NCBI GenBank assembly: GCA_964016885.1 | Contig: OZ024742.1 | Span: 28,210,001-28,274,000 of the forward strand | Direction of reading: 5' to 3' | Source of the DNA: Eledone cirrhosa | Lineage: Eukaryota | DNA length: 64,000 nucleotides | Shown here: piece by piece, positions 55,967-64,000 of the stretch | How the letters are laid out: every line of letters starts with the position of its first letter | How positions within the stretch are numbered: position 1 is the first letter of the stretch | The notes under the pieces: model-generated | Told to the model about the DNA's origin: nothing | Databases searched by the model: none | Seen by the model: the letters and a program-made list of their open reading frames with translations, nothing else | Position numbers and translations under genes: made by a program

Positions 55967-56791
55967 CAGGGTGTCCAAAAAAATTTGACATCATTTCGCA
56001 GGCCAATAATTTTGGCAATTCTTGTTGAAATAACCTCAAATTTTCACAGAATGTATAGAAACAGATCAAGATTTTATATTTAATGTTTTATATTTTTCTC
56101 TTTTCAGGTTGAGAAATGCTGTTCACTTCCAAAGAAAAGTCATTTTGCGTCTTGGAATATGCCTTCAATGCAACATTTGGAAAAAAGTCACCAACTGGCA
56201 AACAAATTTGAACCTGGTACCAAAAATTTAAAGAGGAAGGTTGCTTATGCAGGGCTAAAGGATCTGGAAGACCATCATCAACATCAGAAGAGAAGGTCGA
56301 GTAAGTTCTTGAAAAACTCTTGCGAAGCCCCAAGAAGTCCGTAAGGAGAACAAGTTTGGAAACCCAGATTCCTCGAATGATGGTTTGGCATATCCTGAGG
56401 TTACTGTTTGCCAGTTGGTGACTTTTTTCCAAATTTTGGATTGAAGGCACGCTGCACAGTCTTGGGTGACTGTGTTCGAGCATATTCCAAGATGCAAAAT
56501 GACTTTTCTTTGGAAGTGAACGGCATTTCTCAACCTGAAAAGAGAAAAATATAAAACACAGACACACACAGACACACACACACACACACTCACATACACA
56601 CACACTCACACACACTCACACACTCACATACACACACACACTCGCACACACACACACTCTCTCCCACACACACATTAAATATAAAATCTTGATCTGTTTC
56701 TATACATTCTGTGAAAATTTGAGATTATTTCAACAAGAATTGCCAAAATTATTGGCCTGCGAAATGATGTCAAATTTTTTGGGACACCCTG
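55967..56791. mobile_element. Fold-back Tc1/mariner-superfamily derivative made of two left ends
   Basis: TA-CAGGGTGTCC...GGACACCCTG-TA. Both arms carry the transposase N-terminus M(L/P)FTSKEKSFC(V/I)LEYA. The left arm continues ..KFKEEGCL..GSGRP..RSPKKSVRRTS with stops. Confidence 0.88.
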
Positions 56792-56814
56792 TATATCTCC
56801 TAGCTGTCATTTCA

Positions 56815-57172
56815 GTGATACAACCATCACCACAGCTACCACCAACACCAACACCACAACCACACCACCACTAAAAACCACAACCATCACAGTCATCATC
56901 ACAACCACCTCCACCATCACCACCACTACCATTACCACAACTACCACTACCACCACCACCAACAAATGAATGACGTTCATCTATCACCGCAACCACCACC
57001 ACCACCATAACCACAACCACCACCACCATAACCACCACTACTATTACCACAACCACCACCATCAACAACAAATAAATGACACTCAACTATCACCACCACA
57101 ACCACCACCATCACAACCACCACCACCACCATCACAACAACCACCACCACCATCAACAACAAATGAATGACA
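56815..57172. repeat. (CAC)n-rich tract with three caacaaatRaatgac units
   Basis: Directly visible. Confidence 0.8.
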
Positions 57173-57981
57173 CACAACTTGACACAACTAGTCAGACTGA
57201 TGTATACAGTTGAAACTCTACACAACGTTTCATCCATTTTATGGTTGTTTTCTAAGTATCGTTATAGATTAATAATTAGCATAGCTGTAATTAAGCAATA
57301 CATTTTATGTGCTTCCATTCAATGCTTAGTTGTCATTAAAATGAAAATCACCTGGTGTTGTGGTGAGGGATGAGCTAGAAGACAGGAGAGGAGAGACGAG
57401 ATGATGAGAGAAGAGGAGAGACAAGATGAGTTGAGAGGAGATGAGTAGAGTTGAAGAGAGTTGCGAAGAACTTTGTCTTGTAATGGTTCTAGTTCTCCAC
57501 GTTAATACTGTAAACCTTTTCCACTTTACCAAACCTACCAAAAGATCAAACCATTCCTGGCAGAAACCTTACAGTAATTTTCAGGTGGTTGTCTTCATCT
57601 GAGAATTATCATTATATTACTAAATTATGATTGCTTTTCCTATCAATATCATTAATGTCCATTTTGCTTGCCAGCATGGGTTAGATGGGTCATCAAAGTC
57701 TAATTTGTTCTTATTTAGAGTTAACTACCCTTCTAGACAGGTCATGGACCATGTCTTCCTTGTCTGTTCCACCCTAGCCCAGTTTTTATGGCAAGATGCT
57801 CTCCTTGACACTAAATACTTTACAGAGTGTACTGAGTGCATTTTATCATGGCACCATCTTTACTTCTACAAGACAAACAAATCCATTGCACTTTAGTCTC
57901 AATAGTTTCAAGGTAAATATGATAGTAAATAAAAAAGGTGTTACATCTTTAACAATATTAGGAATTAAAGATATCTGTCAG

Positions 57982-58281
57982 CAGGGTTGAATCTAGACCT
58001 TGGGGCCCCAGGGCACTTCAGATTTGTGGGGAACCTCATGCACAACAAATTGGAATACACAGCAAACCCTCCAATTTTACATATCAAACTTAGTTTGGTG
58101 CAAGTAATTGGATTTGAAAAGTTATACATACAGGTATTAAATTCAAAAATTCTAACCATTCTAAAACTAAAAAGCACAGCTGAGGGCACAAATAAATTGC
58201 TACCGTCGTCGTTGGTGGGGCTCCCCACACCTGGGGACGAGGAGCAATTGCCCCTTTGTCCCCCAATTAGATTCGGCCCTG
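57982..58281. mobile_element. hAT-type MITE (second copy)
   Basis: CAGGG...CCCTG; colinear with 13096-13404; TSD decayed. Confidence 0.8.
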
Positions 58282-58500
58282 TGTGTTGATTTTTATTTTA
58301 TATAGATCTTTCTGTTCTTATGTAGTTGTTATTGTTATTGGTTATCCAGTTCAAGTAGATCTATAATCTCAATGTGGCTCCAACAGTGACCATCTCATCT
58401 TTTAATCTGATACAGTGATCATAGGAATATATTATCTATGTTTCTCTTTCTTTAAAATGTTAATTTTGAAAGAGATTTGGTCGCAATTTCTAAACCTTGT

Positions 58501-58717
58501 TTAACCCTTTAGCATTTAAACTGGCTGTATTTGGCCAGAATTCTCTCCCCCTTTTTAAACTGGCCGTAACCAACAGCTCACACTGACAATAAGATATCAT
58601 TCTTAAAATAAACAATAAGGTCATCACAATCTTGTAGATTTGAGTTTATGTGAGATAAAGCCTTTACCATGAATATACAATAGTAAATATAGAGTAATGT
58701 AAATGGTGAAGGGTTAA
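58501..58717. mobile_element. piggyBac-like TTAA MITE
   Basis: TTAA-CCCTTTAGCATTTA...TAAATGGTGAAGGG-TTAA. Confidence 0.7.
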
Positions 58718-58735
58718 GGTCATGGTAGATAAGTG

Positions 58736-59126
58736 AGAGCAAGGCTTTTTATTACAACTGGATATGTGTTCCTCCCACTAACAACTGAACTGTGAAATAA
58801 AAACAAAGCCTAATTTCACAACTGAATACTTCTTACCACTAACTAGTCAACCATGAAGTAAATACAGAGCCTGTTTTTTTTTACAGTTGGATGCCTCTCC
58901 TACCCCTAACAAATGAACTGTGAAATAAGATCAGAGCCAGATTTTACACTTCCCAACACAAACTACTCATCTATAAAGATCAAAGCTTGGTTTTAAGGAT
59001 GGACAACACTTGCCATCACTAACCACCATTCAACTATGGAGTAAGGGCAGAGCCTGTTTTTACAGTTGGGTGCCTCTTTCTTACATTAACTACTCAACTG
59101 TGAAGTAAGATCATAACCTGTTTTAC
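58736..59126. repeat. ~60-70-bp degenerate tandem repeat
   Basis: agagcctgtttttacagttggatgcctctcc..actaac..caactgtgaaRtaaga, about 6 copies. Confidence 0.7.
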
Positions 59127-59737
59127 TTATTGGTTGAGTAAACCAAGCTGCAGTAAGCCACATTAAAGACTTTGTTTTGAAGGTGGGGTGAAGGGGTTCA
59201 CATATCCACTGGTTCTAGTAATTCTGATGTTGTAGTAAATATGTAAAGGTGCATGGCTTATTGGTTAGAGTGTGGGGCTTACAATCGTCAGATTGTGAGT
59301 TCAATTCCCAGACTGAGCAAGGTACTTTATTTCACATTGCTCCATTTTACTATGGACATGTGGTTAGAATGTCTCAAGAAAGAATCACTGGACAGATTTT
59401 ACGGATTAAACCAACTGACAGGAGACCCAGGGGTAGTCCCTGAGTAAGATGATTGGATAACATCCATGAGCTTGGATGGTCTTGCTTGGGTATCCAGTCC
59501 TCTGAGAGGACCCACTGGAAGGAGTGTTTGAGGACTCTACCACAACGACCCTGTCAAGAAGAATAATAAGAAGAAGAAGGAAAAAAAGAAGAAGAAGAAA
59601 AAGAACAAAGAAAAGGAACAAAGAAAAATAACAAGATAAAATAAAGAAGAAGAAGTCTACATAGTAAAAGCAGATATCCCCAAATCAGGTCAACTTGTGG
59701 GCAGAGTAGAAGAAACTTGCTCAATAGGGGGTGTGTA

Positions 59738-61815
59738 ATATACACAGCTATATATTACACACCTATATATAACACAGCTATATATTACACACAGCTATAT
59801 ATTACACAGCTATATATTACACACCTATATATAACACAGCTATATATTACACAGCTATATATTACACAGCTATATATTACACAGCTATATATTACACAGC
59901 TATATATTACACAGCTATATATTACACAGCTATATATTACACAGCTATATATAACACAGCTATATATTACACAGCTATATATTACACAGCTATATATTAC
60001 ACAGCTATATATTACACAGCTATATATTACACAGCTATATATTACACAGCTATATATTACACAGCTATATATTACACAGCTATATATTACACAGCTATAT
60101 ATTACACACCTATATATAACACAGCTATATATTACACAGCTATATATTACACAGCTATATATTACACAGCTATATATTACACAGCTATATATTACACAAC
60201 TATATATTACACAGCTATATATTACACAGCTATATATTACACAGCTATATATTACACAGCTATATATTACACACAGCTATATATTACACAGCTATATATT
60301 ACACAGCTATATATTACACAGCTATATATTACACACAGCTATATATTACACAGCTATATATTACACAGCTATATATTACACAGCTATATATTACACAACT
60401 ATATATTACACAGCTATATATTACACACAGCTATATATTACACAGCTATATATTACACAGCTATATATTACACAACTATATATTACACAGCTATATATTA
60501 CACACAGCTATATATTACACAGCTATATATTACACAGCTATATATTACACAACTATATATTACACAGCTATATATTACACAGCTATATATTACACAGCTA
60601 TATATTACACAGCTATATATTACACAGCTATATATTACACAGTTATATATTACACAGCTATATATATTACACAGCTATATATTACACAGCTATATATTAC
60701 ACACAGCTATATATTACACACCTATATATAACACAGCTATATATTACACAGCTATATATTACACAGCTATATATTACACAGCTATATATTACACAGCTAT
60801 ATATTACACACAGCTATATATTACACAGCTATATATTACACAGTTATATATTACACAGCTATATATTACACAGCTATATATTACAGAGCTATATATTACA
60901 CAGCTATATATTACACACAGCTATATATTACACACAGCTATATATTACACAGTTATATATTACACAGCTATATATTACACAGCTATATATTACACACAGC
61001 TATATATTACACAGTTATATATTACACAGTTATATATTACACAGCTATATATTACACAGCTATATATTACACACAGCTATATATTACACAGTTATATATT
61101 ACACAGCTATATATTACAGAGCTATATATTACACAGCTATATATTACACAGTTATATATTACACAGTTATATATTACACAGTTATATATTACACAGTTAT
61201 ATATTACACAGCTATATATATTACACAGCTATATATTACACAGCTATATATTACACACAGCTATATATTACACAGCTATATATTACACAGCTATATATTA
61301 CACAGCTATATATTACACAGTTATATATTACACAGCTATATATTACACAGCTATATATTACACAGCTATATATTACACAGCTATATATTGCACACAGCTA
61401 TATATTACACAGCTATATATTACACAGTTATATATTACACACCTATATATTACACACCTATATATTACACAGCTATATATTACACAGCTATATATTACAC
61501 AGCTATATATTACACAGCTATATATTACACAGCTATATATTATACACATTTTATACACACAGTTATACATTATACACACAACTATATATTATATACACAG
61601 CTATATATTCTACACATTTTAAACACACAGTCAGTCATATAATATACACAAAACTATATATTCTACACATATTAAACACATAGCTATATATTAAACACAC
61701 AGCTATATATTATACACACAGCTATATATTCCACACACTTTAAACACACAGTTAGCTATATATTATACATGCAGCTATATATTATACACACTTTATACAC
61801 ACAGTTATATATTAT
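59738..61815. repeat. 15-bp minisatellite (ACACAGCTATATATT)n, ~2 kb
   Basis: Directly visible; source of the LYITQ ORF. Degenerates after about 61540. Confidence 0.97.
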
Positions 61816-62285
61816 AGAAGTGAGGCTGATGAACAATACATAAACATCAAGACTCTTCGTTACAACCTCTTTAAAAATGAGACTTTTATGGTTAGTCAAA
61901 ATAAATCAATATATTTTCTAATTAGTTTTCAATCGATTAATATACGTGTGTGTCTGTGTGTGTACATACATATATTGCTCTTTCTCTCCCACCCCCTCTC
62001 TCTATTCCTGTATGTATGTAAATATATATATGTGTATATATATATATATATAAATACATAAATACGTGTATATATATATATGCATATGTATATACCCATA
62101 TATAAATATGTATACATATACATACATATATACAAATACATACATATATACAAATATATATATATTGTGTATCTATATATATTTATTTTGTGTTTATATA
62201 TATGTGTGAGTGTGTACACACACATATATTCCTCTCTGTCTCTTTGTATGTATATATACAAAAGAAAAAAATATATATATATATT

Positions 62286-62316
<31 letters not shown>

Positions 62317-63179
62317 TCATTTCACATGGGGTAGGTAGTAAGATTATTAGAAATTGTTGAAATCTCAATTAAATGGTGATTGTACTATTTAGTTATGTCC
62401 CTTTACACTTCTCAGATGAAATCAGGCTAAGGTCGACAAAATAACTCACAGTCAAGTACTGGGCTTGATGTTATCAAATATATACCACCCCCAAAATATG
62501 AGGTCTTCCTATGTTAGAAATCAATATTATTACTGCTGGTTCCACAATAAAATATATTCAGTATTCACTATAAGGTGATTGGCATTCATCTAAAGTCTGC
62601 TTCAAGCCAGGAGTCTCATCAGGCTGGTGTTTATCCTGGTTTACATAACTATATATATAACTGACTGTGAGTACAAGACTTCCCCCTAGACAGTACATAA
62701 GGTGACAGTCCATTGCAGGGTTAAACCCTCATTTTCAGCTGAGTATCCCGGAACAACATGAAATGTGTTGTCTATGAGGTGGTCCCTTGACCCATTTGGA
62801 ATGACAATAGTGATGCTATATGTCAATACAGTGCCTCTATGACTCCCTCAGCAGTTACAGAACCATGTCGGCATTCATTTAGTTATATATATTTCCATTA
62901 GGTGTAGAAACCATATTGAGCTTAACTTTGTCTTATCTGCACCTATGGCTCAGAATTGTTGATCTGCCATTGATTTGACAAAGTTATTTTTCCTGAGCAC
63001 TGAAACGTAACCCTTTCATTACCATATTTCTATTGAAACAATCTATTTATGATTTTCAAATAATTTTGAATACAAGAATTTGGAGAGATTTAATCATTTA
63101 ACTAACTTTCTGATTGATAAGCTGGTGTTTGGAACATAACATAACCAAGGTTCTTACAGATAATTATGATGGAAGAATT

Positions 63180-63343
63180 TTGTGGTTGGTGTTAGGAAGG
63201 ACATCCAACTGTATAAACACCAGCCAAATTTACAGTCCCGTTAGAGCAAGGTACCATGTGGCCAATCCGGGCCAGACTTGTCTCTCAACGCAGATGACCC
63301 GTCTGACCCATGCAAGCATGGAAAAATGGTGATGATGATGATG
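63180..63343 (+). mobile_element. RTE 3'-end fragment nested in a TTAA MITE
   Basis: gtggttggtgttaggaaggacatcc..acccatgcaagcatggaaaaatggtgatgatg. Confidence 0.7.
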
Positions 63344-63756
63344 TATAGAAAAAATTGACAAAGTACCAGACCTTATTTCTTACTGAGTGGGGTTGAACCC
63401 ATCAAATAGAACCAAGGAAACAATGTTTCCATTGGTTTTTCTATTGCTGATACTATCAACCAATCACAACTCTTGACAGATTCACAAATATAAGTGAAAT
63501 AAAACAAACAGTTTTGAATTTTAGAAAGAAGGACAGTTTATGGCAGTTTGATATGAAAACGGTTAAGGAAGATATTTTATCAATCCTATAATTGTTTCTG
63601 TTGCTCATTATGGAGATAAAATTGTATTTCTTTATTGGACTCCTTCACAGTATCACAGACAACGCCACGGCAACAGAGAAAGATTCTTTCTGAGTCAGCA
63701 AAGGAAATTTTCAATGTGTTTACTACCTCTCCACCTCTCTCTCTCTCTCACACACA

Positions 63757-63788
<32 letters not shown>

Positions 63789-64000
63789 TTCTCTCTCTCT
63801 GCGTGTGTATGAGCATGTGTGTGTGTGTTTGAGTGTGTACATGTGTGTATGTGTGAGTGTGTGTGTTTGAGTGTGTATGTGTGTGTATGTGTGTGCATGT
63901 GTATGTGAGTGTGTGTATGCATGCACGTGTGTGTATGTACATGTGTGTGACCATGTGTGTGTGTGTGTGTGTGCATGTGTGTGTCAAAGTGTGTGTATGT

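Noticed and set aside
59717-61642. 641-aa LYITQ-repeat ORF
   Set aside because: Translation of the 15-bp minisatellite; the frame shifts freely with CA slips.

Overview
Eukaryotic, AT-rich, repeat-dominated DNA. It is probably from a coleoid cephalopod (octopus-like), which is an inference from the long (TA)n/(CA)n tracts and the SINE/RTE repertoire. Almost all listed ORFs are microsatellite artefacts. The real coding sequence belongs to retroelements: two different Penelope-like elements (RT + GIY-YIG, minus strand, 2.2-8.8 kb), a near full-length RTE LINE with a PHD-type finger inside its RT (16.5-20.0 kb), an L1/Tx1-like 3' fragment (46-47 kb) and several RTE 3' fragments. There are also two tRNA-derived SINE families, hAT/mariner/TTAA-type MITEs, a fold-back mariner derivative and several minisatellites. 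One convincing 84-nt host exon (37906-37989, minus) suggests much of the window may be intronic. The most interesting signal is non-coding. About eight type I hammerhead-ribozyme folds from at least five sequence families can be folded by eye, some intact and some with core changes, with compensatory stem changes and one U3-A8 core variant. They occur in the Penelope termini and in short ORF-less modules embedded in (TA)n. These modules repeatedly carry a local inverted duplication and a shared ACTC...GAGT hairpin downstream of the cleavage site. All folds were read by eye and none was tested computationally.
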